Of a DNA stretch of 40,811 nt, positions 1 to 9,606 are shown in pieces (the first letter of the stretch is position 1; each line of letters starts with the position of its first letter). Origin of the DNA: a virus. Where the stretch lies: positions 1 to 40,811 of IMG/VR virus record IMGVR_UViG_3300002138_000067. One strand, 5' to 3'. The position numbers were made by a program, and so were the translations under genes. The notes beneath the pieces are model-generated. The model ran no database searches and was not told where the DNA came from. It saw only the letters and a list, made by a program, of their open reading frames with translations.

Positions 1-929
1 AGATTGTTCAGGTTGTGTATGACGGAACAGATATGCAGATGCTTAGTTCAGGTCCTGACTCCTCGTTCGGAGATGGTTCTGATGGTGATGTAACGATTTC
101 AACACCAACAACCCTTACACGTGACATGTACTACAACAATCTTGTTGTAACTGATACTCTCACGACAAACGGCTTTGCTATTTACGTTAAGGGCACAATC
201 TCAGGCGTTGGCACAATTAAATATCCAACAGGCACCGCAGGAGGGAACGCAAGTGGGCAGACAGAAGGAACGGCTGGTACTGCAATCACAACAGGAAGAT
301 TTAGGAATATAGCAGGAGGTGTTGGCGCGCAAGGTAGAGCTGCTACTTCTGGCTCCACGGCTGGAGTAGATGGAACCATAGGTGGTGCAGCAACACCGTC
401 AGGTGGGGTTATTGGAGGCGCTGGTGGCAACTCTGCATCAGGCGGGGCAGGTATTGGAACAGGGGGCGCTGGTGGTGTGGTTACTGCACCGCTAGTAAAA
501 ATTGGGGCATTCCTAATGACTACGATTTTTGGCCTTGATATTGCCAATACTGGAGTACCACTAAGTTTGGTAGGCTCATCTGGGGGGGGTGGTGGTGCTG
601 GAGGCTCATCTGGAGGTGGTTCTGTGGGCGGCGGTGGCGGCGGCGGTGGTGCAAGTGGTGGCATCGTGTTTATCGTTGCCAACATTTGGGCTGGGACATT
701 TACCATACAAGCAATTGGTGGTGCAGGTGGTGCAGGGTCGACAGGAAATGGAAATGGTGGTGGTGGTGGTGGTGGTGGTGGTGGAGTGTCAATCGTCTTC
801 TATAGAACAAAAACATGGTCTGGTTCTTACGTCCTGACAGGAGGTGCTGCGGGCGCCACTGGTGGTTCAGGTGCATCAGCAGGAAACGCTGGCACAGTAG
901 GGGCATCTTATGAAATCTCTGCAAAATAA
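1..929 (+). CDS. Tail fibre protein, C-terminal Gly-rich part (5'-truncated duplicate of 37840..39426)
   Basis: The open frame runs in from the window edge. The translation is identical to the C-terminal ~300 aa of 37840..39426. Confidence 0.8.
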   Translation, partial: IVQVVYDGTDMQMLSSGPDSSFGDGSDGDVTISTPTTLTRDMYYNNLVVTDTLTTNGFAIYVKGTISGVGTIKYPTGTAGGNASGQTEGTAGTAITTGRFRNIAGGVGAQGRAATSGSTAGVDGTIGGAATPSGGVIGGAGGNSASGGAGIGTGGAGGVVTAPLVKIGAFLMTTIFGLDIANTGVPLSLVGSSGGGGGAGGSSGGGSVGGGGGGGGASGGIVFIVANIWAGTFTIQAIGGAGGAGSTGNGNGGGGGGGGGGVSIVFYRTKTWSGSYVLTGGAAGATGGSGASAGNAGTVGASYEISAK

Positions 930-2289
930 CATGCAACCACTCACCGACCAATCAACACAGCAGGAGGGACGGCTCGCGGTTAATGCTAACCAGGAGGCAG
1001 CAGCTAAACTAGGTGTCGTAATCCCTGGCTCTACCACTCCTGCACAGGCGTATAAGCAGGCTAACCTCGGAGAGGGCGACCCGTATGCTACTGCACTTGG
1101 CACACAAGCAGGTAAGGCACTCCAGGTGGCAAATGAGCCTATTGACGAGACTGCTATCTACCGCAATAAACTTGGACTCTTCCAGGGAGAGATTGACGCA
1201 GTAAACAAGATTTATCAGGAGAAACTTGCACAGCAGATTACACAAGGACAGGGAAACCTCGGCACAGGACGAGCCATACAGGCACGTTCAGGTACCCTAG
1301 GCTCTGACTTTGGCGTAGCACAGACCGCAGACATCACCCGCCAGAACACCAATCAGGAGGATTTGGTACGAGCAGAACTCGCTGCAAAGATTGGCGCAAT
1401 CATGGGAACGGTGCGTGGTGACGTTGCAACGGAACTAGCTGCAAAGCGAGAGGCACAGCGAGCAGGTTCACAGGACTACTTGACCTACCTTGGCTCACAA
1501 TCAGAACGCAAGACCTCTAATACACAGAAACTAGCATCCCTACTTCTTGACCAGGGACTCACACCAGACCAGATTGACCCTGCACAGCTCAAACAAGCAG
1601 CATCTTCATACGGTGTATCTGTTCAGGATATCCTAGGAGCATACGCTTCAGAGAAGAAGACACGTGATGCAGCTCTACAAGATAGTCAATTTAATCTTTC
1701 TGAAGGACAGGCTCGGTTTGATGCAGATGGAAACTTAATTGCAAGCAGGGCTAAGACCTATGCACCTAGTTCAGGGAATGGCGGTGGCTTGACTCGATAC
1801 CAGCAGTTTTCTGCTACTCAATCACTAGCAAAAGATACTCAGGCACGAACAGCCAATGCTAGGGAACTAAGTCGTCAAGCAACAATGATTGACAATGCGT
1901 ACAACAACATTGTAAGTGGTAAAAACAGGAGCCTTAATACACAGGTAATTGTTACATCATTTAACAAGATACTTGACCCAACGTCCGTTGTTCGTGAGAG
2001 TGAGTATGACCGAACAGCAGCTGGTCAGGCGCTCATCGCACAACTTGAAGGAAAGGTACAAAACATCGCTCAAGGTGGAGCTGGTGTAACGAATGTAACT
2101 CTCAAGGAGGCATCAGATATTGCAAAACAATACATACAGGGAGCCAATGCCTCTATACTCGCAGAGAACGCAAGGTCTCAGCAAATCGCAGATAGTTTTG
2201 GGCTTAACTCAGACTTTGTTGGAAGTGTCGGAGGGCAGAGTGGTGGAAGTAATCCTAACGACCCACTAGGACTATTTGGCGAACAGTAA
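910..2289 (+). CDS. Virion structural / putative ejection protein, function unknown (459 aa)
   Basis: Long ORF in the tail gene block, Q/A-rich, with no motif recognised. The ATG at 910 overlaps the fibre stop by 20 nt; an alternative ATG lies at 931. Confidence 0.55.
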   Translation: MKSLQNNMQPLTDQSTQQEGRLAVNANQEAAAKLGVVIPGSTTPAQAYKQANLGEGDPYATALGTQAGKALQVANEPIDETAIYRNKLGLFQGEIDAVNKIYQEKLAQQITQGQGNLGTGRAIQARSGTLGSDFGVAQTADITRQNTNQEDLVRAELAAKIGAIMGTVRGDVATELAAKREAQRAGSQDYLTYLGSQSERKTSNTQKLASLLLDQGLTPDQIDPAQLKQAASSYGVSVQDILGAYASEKKTRDAALQDSQFNLSEGQARFDADGNLIASRAKTYAPSSGNGGGLTRYQQFSATQSLAKDTQARTANARELSRQATMIDNAYNNIVSGKNRSLNTQVIVTSFNKILDPTSVVRESEYDRTAAGQALIAQLEGKVQNIAQGGAGVTNVTLKEASDIAKQYIQGANASILAENARSQQIADSFGLNSDFVGSVGGQSGGSNPNDPLGLFGEQ

Positions 2290-2291
2290 TT

Positions 2292-5200
2292 ATGGCAAAT
2301 CTAACTGTAGAACAGTTTGGAGCAACGATAAAACAGAAACACCCACAATATGCGAATGTTCCTGACTATGAGCTGGGCAGGGCCACACTACAAAAGTACC
2401 CACAGTATCAGAGCCAGGTTGAAGTTGCAAAAGATTACAACGTACCAGAAATCCCTGGTGCGAAGGCTAATCGTATTGCAGAGGAGAATGCAAAGCTCGC
2501 CACAGAGGCAAAGCAAGCCAACTCGCCACTAGGGTTCGCTGCAAACTTCGGTAAAGCACTTGTCTCTAATCTCGTACCAAGTGAGGTAGGTCTAGGGCAG
2601 AGTCTACAGAAGATATACGGTAATCAGGGCGCAACATACTCAAAACAAATTGAGCAACTTTCTGGCACTCAGCAGATGACCGCTAAGGCTATCCGTGAGA
2701 AGGAGGCTAAGGGTGGGGATGCAACGAAACTCAAGCAGATTTACAACGACAACGCGACTATGCTTCGTCAGCTTCAAGGCGACTTGAAAGACGAGACGAC
2801 ACTACCCACGACAGGACAGGTCGCTGGACAACTTGGAGGTACGGCTCTTGACCTACTCACGGCAGGTACATACGGAAAAGCAACACAGGGTATGCAGGCA
2901 GGGAAGCTAGCGGTGCAAGGCAAGGCAAGTCTTGGCCTCGCTAACAAAACTGGCATACCATCAAACCTTGTACCCAAGGCAACGAGCAACGTGCCAACTT
3001 TCGCAACCGCAGCAGGTATCCCTGAGCTGGCCCAGATTGCACGACAAAAGTCAGCAGGACTGTTCACAAAGCAGGGACTTGGTAACGTTGCCGTAGGTGG
3101 TGGTATCGGATACGGGTTTGACGTTACACAAGGTCTTCAGGGCAACCGTGGAGAGGAGAGGACAGGTGCTAGTGCATTTATCCCTGGCGTGGGAACTGCT
3201 ATTGGCGCTGGTATTCCAACAGTTGCTGGTGCTTACCAGAGCATTAAGAACGCACGTAACCCTGTGCTACACGCAGACAAGCTTGTACAACAGAGAGCAA
3301 AGGAGCTGGCCAAGCTTGATAGCTACCAACCACTCAAGAAAGCCACGGAAAAGGGACGAGCACGTGGTATAGATGTGCAAAAAGTGCTATCTGAGACAGA
3401 CGTCCTCCACGGCTCGGTGGATAAAACAGGCACCATAACTACTAAGGGTGACGGGGGTGCTGTTGAACAGTACACAAAACAGTTTATTGACGGTAACGAG
3501 AAGATTGTGAGCGAGGCACTCAAGAAGGAGGGAGCAACCTATCCACTCGCAGCGGTAAGGGAGCGTCTACTCGCTGCTGTTGATAAGGCAGGACTGGAAG
3601 GCGAAGCACTTATTAAGGCAAAGAACGCTGTTGAGCGTGAGGTGCGTGGCTATGCACTACGAGCTGACGCAGCAGGGAATGTGCCACTATCTGTCGTGCA
3701 TGATGCAAAGATAAACAAGTACAACAACATCAACTTCTTCGCCAGCGGTAACTCAAAGACCTACGACAAGACTGTTGCTCGTACCTTAAAGGATATTGTG
3801 GAGGAGACAAGCACCGCAATAGATGTGAAAGCCACTAACGCTGAACTGGCCAAGCACTTCGCTGTTATTGACTACCTCAACAAGCTAGACAACAAGAAGG
3901 TAGACGGGGGCAAGCTCGGTAAGTATTTCGCAAGCACTGTGGGGTCAATTGTTGGCTCTCACTTCGGGCCACTAGGTGCCATTGGTGGTGCTGAAGCAGG
4001 AGGACGTATCAAGGGCAATATAATGGCACGTTCATTCTCTGGTAAAACAGGGCGTGTATTTCCACAAGCAGATTCAATAACACAGGCAAAGGCTTTTATG
4101 GAAAAGCCACAACTTGCTCTACCACCAGCACCAGAGGGTGCTCCGAGGAGTTGGATAGGCTCTGGACCCACTATACCCATGGCACCTGCTGGGACTACAG
4201 AGTACGTTGGTACGGGTAAGGCTCTTGGTACTTATGTACCAACACAAAAACCAGGGACCCAATCAGTATTACCAGTAAAGACACAGTTAGCACTTCCTGC
4301 GGTTGGAGAGTCGCCTATACGGCTACCCGCAAAGAATCCAGCACCTGTATTAAACCAGGCGGAGATTGACGCAAAGTATGGTCAATCTAAATCAAATAGC
4401 TTAGGAAGTCGCCAAATAGCCCAGACAACAACCAGTGCTCCTACAACAAATGCCATACCTGAAAGCGTACCACCCAAAAGTGGTAATTCCAAGCCCCTCT
4501 ACGGACTAGCTGGGGGTATCGCACCTGAGACAGACGAGAACGGGAATGTTGTTGGTGTTACCTATAACCCTCTCGGAGCTGTTGTGGGTGTTGGCGCTAT
4601 AGCTGGAGCAGGCAAGTTGAAGGGTGTAGGGAAAGGAAAGACAGCCCCTAAAGTATTTGAAGGTTTCGCTGACCTCTCTACAAAGCTCCTAGAGAAGCTA
4701 AAGGGACGTTCTTCTGTGTCTAAGCAGTTTATTTCTGACCTCACTAACTCTCCCGACCTCAAGCAGACAGAGAAGGATTTGGTGCGCCGTATTTTGGATG
4801 AGGATAGTGGTACGAAGGCATATCACGGGACTAATGAGACATTCGACAACTTCGACACGTCAAAACTCGGCACAAACGAAAAGAACCACGCCGCAAAAAA
4901 TGCTTTCTTCTTCTCTGACAGCAAGCAAACTGCTGGGACATACGGAAAGACAGTCAAGGAGGCACAACTAAAGTTCGATAACCCTGTAACAATAGACGCT
5001 GAAGGGAAGATGTTTGGCGATGTACGAGACTTGATTGACGAAACTGTACTCACGGCAAAAAAGAACGGGAACGATGGCGTAATCATAAAGAACCTAAGCG
5101 ATGAGAAGGACTGGGGTGTCTACAATCCGACCACCCACTATGCAGTTCTCGATACAAAAGCAATTAAAGGAGACCAAATAGACGTACCTACTTTCGCAGA

Positions 5201-6455
5201 GAAAGTGAAGGCAGAGTTGCTGCCTCTTACCACAAAGAAGTCGAGTCTAAACTCAACGGCTTCGGGAGCTGGGAGGTATGAGGGTGTAAATCTACCAGAC
5301 GAACTACGTGGCCCCGTTGCAAACTATGAAGAACGGATTTACCAATCCCCCGTAAAAACAAGTGCGGGAGATGTACATTTCGGTGGCGAGAATGCAGACA
5401 ACTACTTCGGACACACCCGCGTAGAAGACCTACCAGACCTTTCACCAGAAGAAGCAAAACTTTTGAACGATGCTGGAATAGGCATGACCCCTGATATGAA
5501 AGGAACTACCCGCCGTGTCATAGAAGTACAGTCTGACCTGTTCCAGAAGGGACGGTTGGAGGGTGAAGGTTTCAGTAGAGCAGATGCGAGCTCTCCTGCG
5601 TTGAAAGCAGTCGCAACTCCTGAAGAACTGAAACAATGGGAGGCGTTCTCAAAAAAGAATATGGACAACGCCTTATCTCAAACTGAGAAAGAAAATTGGG
5701 ACAAGCTATCAAATACGTTGTTTGAAAAAGCTGGAAGTGACAGAGCAAAAGAAATTTCAAAACTCGAACCCTACAAGAACAACGCAGCACACTTCCGCAT
5801 GATACGTGAGGAGGTAAAACAAGCTGCAAAGGACGGCAAGACCAAACTCCAGTTCCCTACAGGAGAGACTGCTATGAAGATTGAGGGGTTGGGAGAGACA
5901 CCAAACTGGAGAAGAATCTACGACATAGACGGGCGCAGAATCAGCGATAAGCTGGAACTAAGCGACTTAAAGACTGGCGAAACAGTCAATCAAGCGGGAC
6001 AGGACTGGATAATCACAGACGTACTAGGAGACGGGAAGTTTAAGGCTGTGCCGAAGGATAATATGGATTTCCTTTCGGAAGAACTGGCTGAACTTGGTGT
6101 TATGGGGCCAGATGACTTGGGGCCAGCTATAGCTAGAGGAGACAGGCGCGTAGTAGACCTTCTAAATGACGGGCAGACAGCAGAACAGTTCGACATCTCA
6201 GGCAAAGTAGACACAGAGAACCCTATCTACAAGTTCTATGAGAAGGAGGTAGGGAAGTATCTGAAGAACAAGTACGGCGCAGAACTCATAACAGACCCCC
6301 AGGGAGTGAACTGGTGGCAGGTAGATGTGAAGAAGGATTACGCCAAACTACCCGTAGAGGCTTTTGTCGGTATTGGGGCTGTGGGGCTTGGTGGAGCTGC
6401 CGTGTCGTCTGACGAGAAGAAAAAGACCTCATTCCCCAAGAGCAAATCGCAGTAA
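2292..6455 (+). CDS. Giant (1,387 aa) virion-associated polyvalent / ejection-type protein with an ART-like central domain
   Basis: Largest ORF. N-terminal tandem K-x-PQY motifs. Gly/Ala-rich hydrophobic segments (GLGNVAVGGGIGYGF, GAVVGVGAIAGAG). Central block AYHGTNETFDNFD...NAFFFSDSKQTAGTYG. Downstream HTRVED...RRVIEVQSDLFQKG. It sits among tail genes, as podoviral internal proteins do. Confidence 0.55.
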   Translation: MANLTVEQFGATIKQKHPQYANVPDYELGRATLQKYPQYQSQVEVAKDYNVPEIPGAKANRIAEENAKLATEAKQANSPLGFAANFGKALVSNLVPSEVGLGQSLQKIYGNQGATYSKQIEQLSGTQQMTAKAIREKEAKGGDATKLKQIYNDNATMLRQLQGDLKDETTLPTTGQVAGQLGGTALDLLTAGTYGKATQGMQAGKLAVQGKASLGLANKTGIPSNLVPKATSNVPTFATAAGIPELAQIARQKSAGLFTKQGLGNVAVGGGIGYGFDVTQGLQGNRGEERTGASAFIPGVGTAIGAGIPTVAGAYQSIKNARNPVLHADKLVQQRAKELAKLDSYQPLKKATEKGRARGIDVQKVLSETDVLHGSVDKTGTITTKGDGGAVEQYTKQFIDGNEKIVSEALKKEGATYPLAAVRERLLAAVDKAGLEGEALIKAKNAVEREVRGYALRADAAGNVPLSVVHDAKINKYNNINFFASGNSKTYDKTVARTLKDIVEETSTAIDVKATNAELAKHFAVIDYLNKLDNKKVDGGKLGKYFASTVGSIVGSHFGPLGAIGGAEAGGRIKGNIMARSFSGKTGRVFPQADSITQAKAFMEKPQLALPPAPEGAPRSWIGSGPTIPMAPAGTTEYVGTGKALGTYVPTQKPGTQSVLPVKTQLALPAVGESPIRLPAKNPAPVLNQAEIDAKYGQSKSNSLGSRQIAQTTTSAPTTNAIPESVPPKSGNSKPLYGLAGGIAPETDENGNVVGVTYNPLGAVVGVGAIAGAGKLKGVGKGKTAPKVFEGFADLSTKLLEKLKGRSSVSKQFISDLTNSPDLKQTEKDLVRRILDEDSGTKAYHGTNETFDNFDTSKLGTNEKNHAAKNAFFFSDSKQTAGTYGKTVKEAQLKFDNPVTIDAEGKMFGDVRDLIDETVLTAKKNGNDGVIIKNLSDEKDWGVYNPTTHYAVLDTKAIKGDQIDVPTFAEKVKAELLPLTTKKSSLNSTASGAGRYEGVNLPDELRGPVANYEERIYQSPVKTSAGDVHFGGENADNYFGHTRVEDLPDLSPEEAKLLNDAGIGMTPDMKGTTRRVIEVQSDLFQKGRLEGEGFSRADASSPALKAVATPEELKQWEAFSKKNMDNALSQTEKENWDKLSNTLFEKAGSDRAKEISKLEPYKNNAAHFRMIREEVKQAAKDGKTKLQFPTGETAMKIEGLGETPNWRRIYDIDGRRISDKLELSDLKTGETVNQAGQDWIITDVLGDGKFKAVPKDNMDFLSEELAELGVMGPDDLGPAIARGDRRVVDLLNDGQTAEQFDISGKVDTENPIYKFYEKEVGKYLKNKYGAELITDPQGVNWWQVDVKKDYAKLPVEAFVGIGAVGLGGAAVSSDEKKKTSFPKSKSQ

Positions 6456-6479
6456 TCATTGTATAATAAAGACAACACA

Positions 6480-9400
6480 ATGCCTCCAGAACAACTACCA
6501 CCAGACGAAATAGAGCACCCAAACACTCCCATCCTAGAGACGATGGCTGTTTCTCTGGATAATATGCACAGGGACTCCGTAGCCAACGGAGAGACGCAAA
6601 TCATGCAGAACAAGCTCGCAAATGAGTCTCTTGATGCTATTGAGGTGGGTATTGACCGTGTGATTGAGAACACTATACCTAAGGAGGTGCAGAAGGTATC
6701 TTTTGAGTGGCCAGCAGACAGGGAGGACGAGGGAGAGTTTGTAACTGAAGCCTCCAAGAATCTCCTGAGGATGATTCGTGGCCCGAAAGGTCATACACCT
6801 ATTAAGGGTACCGAATACTTTACTCCCGAGGAAGTGGAGAGTATTACGGTAGACGCTACAGAACGAGCACGTCCTGTAAAAGGGAAAGATTACTATACTG
6901 AAGAGGAGAGGGTGGCACTTGTCGAGGAGATTCTACCGAAAGCAACACCCGTTAAAGGGGTGGACTATGTTGATGGTATTAACGGTGAAAAGGGAAAAGA
7001 CGGTGAAAAGGGAAAGGACGCAGACGAGGACGCTATCCTAGAGCGTCTCATTCCACTTATACCCGAGCCTAAGACAGGCAAGCAAGGCCCACGAGGTCTA
7101 GCGGGTAAAGACAAGCAACCACTTACCGCAAAGGAGATTGTGGACATGGTCTCAAGCGTAGAGGGTGATGACCGTATCCCTGCTGACGCTATTAAGGGAC
7201 TACCACTATTCGGGCGTGGCGGTGGCGGTGGGCCGTTGCTTACTATTAAGGATGCAGGAGTAACCAAGACAAGTGCAGCTACTGAACTTAACTTCGTTGG
7301 AGCTACCGTAACCTCTACTGGTGGCAATACAGCAACAATTACTGTTACAGGTGGCGGTGGCGGTGGTGGTACTTGGGGTTCAATCACGGGAACTCTTTCA
7401 GACCAGACTGACCTACAATCTGCCCTTGACGCTAAAGCTCCACTCATCTCTCCTACTTTTGCAACCTCAATCACAGGAAGCTACCTTACGGCTTCTGAGA
7501 TGCTGATTACTGATGGCTCAAAGAACATTGTCTCTGCCCCTGTAGCTACTTATCCTTCTCTCACTGAACTTACATACCTCAAGGGAGTAACAAGCGATAT
7601 TCAGACACAAATCAACGCAAAGGGTGTTGGTGATGTAACTGGTGCTGGCTCTTCAACAGACAACGCGATTGTTCGATTTGACGGCACAACAGGGAAAGTA
7701 ATACAGAACTACACTTCTGATGCTCCTACCATCTCTGATATAGGTGTAATAGCAGCCTATGGCAACATAGAAATAACATCTGCAGCACCTTCTTTCATTC
7801 TTAATGAGTCTGATGCTGGCAATCAACGCTGGGCATTTACTGCGGTTGGAGGAACAGTAACAATGCGAGACATCACAGGTGGCACGTACCCGCTTACTAT
7901 TGAGCAGACAGCACCAACTAATACATTGTATCTGAAATCTACTGGGAATGTTGGTGTTGGTACTGCTGCACCCGCTCAAAAGTTTTCAGTTGTGGGTTCA
8001 TCAGGAACCACAATGATACAGCTCCGAGCAAACAATACTTCTGGTACAGGTATTCTTGGTTTTAGAAACTCAAACTCAGAGGGCGCAGACACTACTCAAA
8101 TCAAATCCGAAAGGCTCAACACTCCAACAGCAGGAGACACCGCGATTGAGTTCTTCAACACAAAGTCAGGCTCTCTAAGTGAGTCTATGAGAATAGATAC
8201 TACAGGCAACGTGGGCATTGGTACCGCCTCACCAGGGGCAAAGCTTTCAGTAAAAGGGGCAGGAACGACAACAGGAATCAACTTTCAAACTGAAGATTCT
8301 GCTGGCACAAAAATCATTACTGCCCTTGATAGTGGTGCTACTGGGTTCAGGAACGAAACACCTACAGCTGCTATAGACTCCTACGCTGTGGGCACAGACC
8401 CAACAACAAGTGCACAAATACGCCTGTCGTCTTTGTATACAAGCATCGCAGTAGCATCACCTATGATTGGTGCTATTGACTTCTATTCTCGCGATACACA
8501 GTTTCCTACTACGGAAGGAATAAAGGCAGCGCAAATCTCTGTAGAGGCAAACCGTTCACATATCTCTACGGTAGCAGACTCAGACATTGTATTTCGTGCG
8601 GTTGGCGGTATCAGCACGACCCTCACAGAGCGTGGTCGCTTTGGGGCAAACGGTTTTGGTCTCGGGGCAAACGGCAATCCGTCAGTTTCTACTCTTGGCT
8701 TCTTCTTGGATACAGTAGGAACGAAGGGTGCGTCTATTGGAAACAATAGTAATGGGTTCAACACGACACCACCAGTAAACGGGCTTATGGTGGAGGGTCG
8801 TGTTGCTCTTGGTACTACCACAACAACCCTTTCAACTGCTGTAAATAGTCAGGTGTATGTGCTTAACGATGAGACGTCAGGTTCAAACTACACGAACAAT
8901 ACTCTTACTCTTTACCGTACTAACGTAAATCAGACAGGAACGCTTCTACACGGTGCAACAGAAAGAACAGCAAACAGTGCATTCAAATTGCTGGAGTTCT
9001 TCACAGGTGGAGACGCTGGCACTTCTCAGTTTTTGGTTAGAGGTGACGGTAATGTTGGTGTTGGTGTTGCTTCCCCTACCGCGAAACTTCACCTCAAGGC
9101 AGGTACAGCTACTGCCTCAACAGCACCCCTTAAACTAACTTCAGGAACCAGTCTCACCACACCTGAGTCTGGGGCTATTGAGTTTGATGGGACAGACCTG
9201 TTCTACACAAACAGCACCCCTACTCGTAGGACAATAGCTAACCTAGCTGGTACGCAGACGTTTACGAATAAGCGTAACCAGCCACGCATTGTGTCGGCAG
9301 CATCATATACAACTGACACAGGCACATCGCTAGACGTGTCTACTACAGACATCTTTGTGATTACCGCACAAGCTGGAGCACTCCTATTCAATGCCCCAAG

Positions 9401-9605
9401 CGGTACACCAGTCCAGGGCGAGAGACTTGTAATTCGTATCAAGGATAACGGTACAGCTCGTGCTCTAACGTGGAACGCTGTATTCAGGGCGATGGGAACA
9501 GCACTACCAAGTACAACAGTTCTAAGCAAGACTCTGTACCTCGGATTCTTCTACAACAGTACAGATACAAAATGGGACTTAGTAGCTAGCGCACAGGAGG
9601 CTTAG
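6480..9605 (+). CDS. Tail fibre / tail spike protein 2 (about 1,040 aa)
   Basis: Short collagen-like run GINGEKGKDGEKGKD. Three KG-x-(D/E)Y-x-T-x-EE repeats. Three fibre-type motifs: NVGVGTAAPAQKFSV, NVGIGTASPGAKLSV, NVGVGVASPTAKLHL. ATG at 6480 preferred over the in-frame TTG at 6459. Confidence 0.75.
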   Translation: MPPEQLPPDEIEHPNTPILETMAVSLDNMHRDSVANGETQIMQNKLANESLDAIEVGIDRVIENTIPKEVQKVSFEWPADREDEGEFVTEASKNLLRMIRGPKGHTPIKGTEYFTPEEVESITVDATERARPVKGKDYYTEEERVALVEEILPKATPVKGVDYVDGINGEKGKDGEKGKDADEDAILERLIPLIPEPKTGKQGPRGLAGKDKQPLTAKEIVDMVSSVEGDDRIPADAIKGLPLFGRGGGGGPLLTIKDAGVTKTSAATELNFVGATVTSTGGNTATITVTGGGGGGGTWGSITGTLSDQTDLQSALDAKAPLISPTFATSITGSYLTASEMLITDGSKNIVSAPVATYPSLTELTYLKGVTSDIQTQINAKGVGDVTGAGSSTDNAIVRFDGTTGKVIQNYTSDAPTISDIGVIAAYGNIEITSAAPSFILNESDAGNQRWAFTAVGGTVTMRDITGGTYPLTIEQTAPTNTLYLKSTGNVGVGTAAPAQKFSVVGSSGTTMIQLRANNTSGTGILGFRNSNSEGADTTQIKSERLNTPTAGDTAIEFFNTKSGSLSESMRIDTTGNVGIGTASPGAKLSVKGAGTTTGINFQTEDSAGTKIITALDSGATGFRNETPTAAIDSYAVGTDPTTSAQIRLSSLYTSIAVASPMIGAIDFYSRDTQFPTTEGIKAAQISVEANRSHISTVADSDIVFRAVGGISTTLTERGRFGANGFGLGANGNPSVSTLGFFLDTVGTKGASIGNNSNGFNTTPPVNGLMVEGRVALGTTTTTLSTAVNSQVYVLNDETSGSNYTNNTLTLYRTNVNQTGTLLHGATERTANSAFKLLEFFTGGDAGTSQFLVRGDGNVGVGVASPTAKLHLKAGTATASTAPLKLTSGTSLTTPESGAIEFDGTDLFYTNSTPTRRTIANLAGTQTFTNKRNQPRIVSAASYTTDTGTSLDVSTTDIFVITAQAGALLFNAPSGTPVQGERLVIRIKDNGTARALTWNAVFRAMGTALPSTTVLSKTLYLGFFYNSTDTKWDLVASAQEA

Positions 9606-9606
9606 T

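Larger units (their letters stand above)
1..2314. repeat. Left copy of an exact 2,314-bp terminal direct duplication (same as 38498..40811)
   Basis: Position 1 aligns to 38498 (offset 38,497). The start and end sequence lines I compared are identical, and every ORF in the two copies translates identically. The copy starts inside the tail-fibre gene and ends 20 nt into the giant gene. Confidence 0.95.

Noticed and set aside
182-706. 174-aa proline-rich ORF on the minus strand, with a duplicate at 38679..39203 and a similar one at 6965..7474
   Set aside because: It is the antisense reading of Gly-rich (GGN) codons of the tail-fibre genes (CCN gives Pro). It lies wholly inside well-supported + strand genes and has no independent signals.
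700-951. ORF encoding a run of ten histidines (minus strand; duplicate at 39197..39448)
   Set aside because: It is an artefact of reading the (GGT)9 microsatellite antisense and out of frame (GTG/CAC). It is embedded in the fibre gene.
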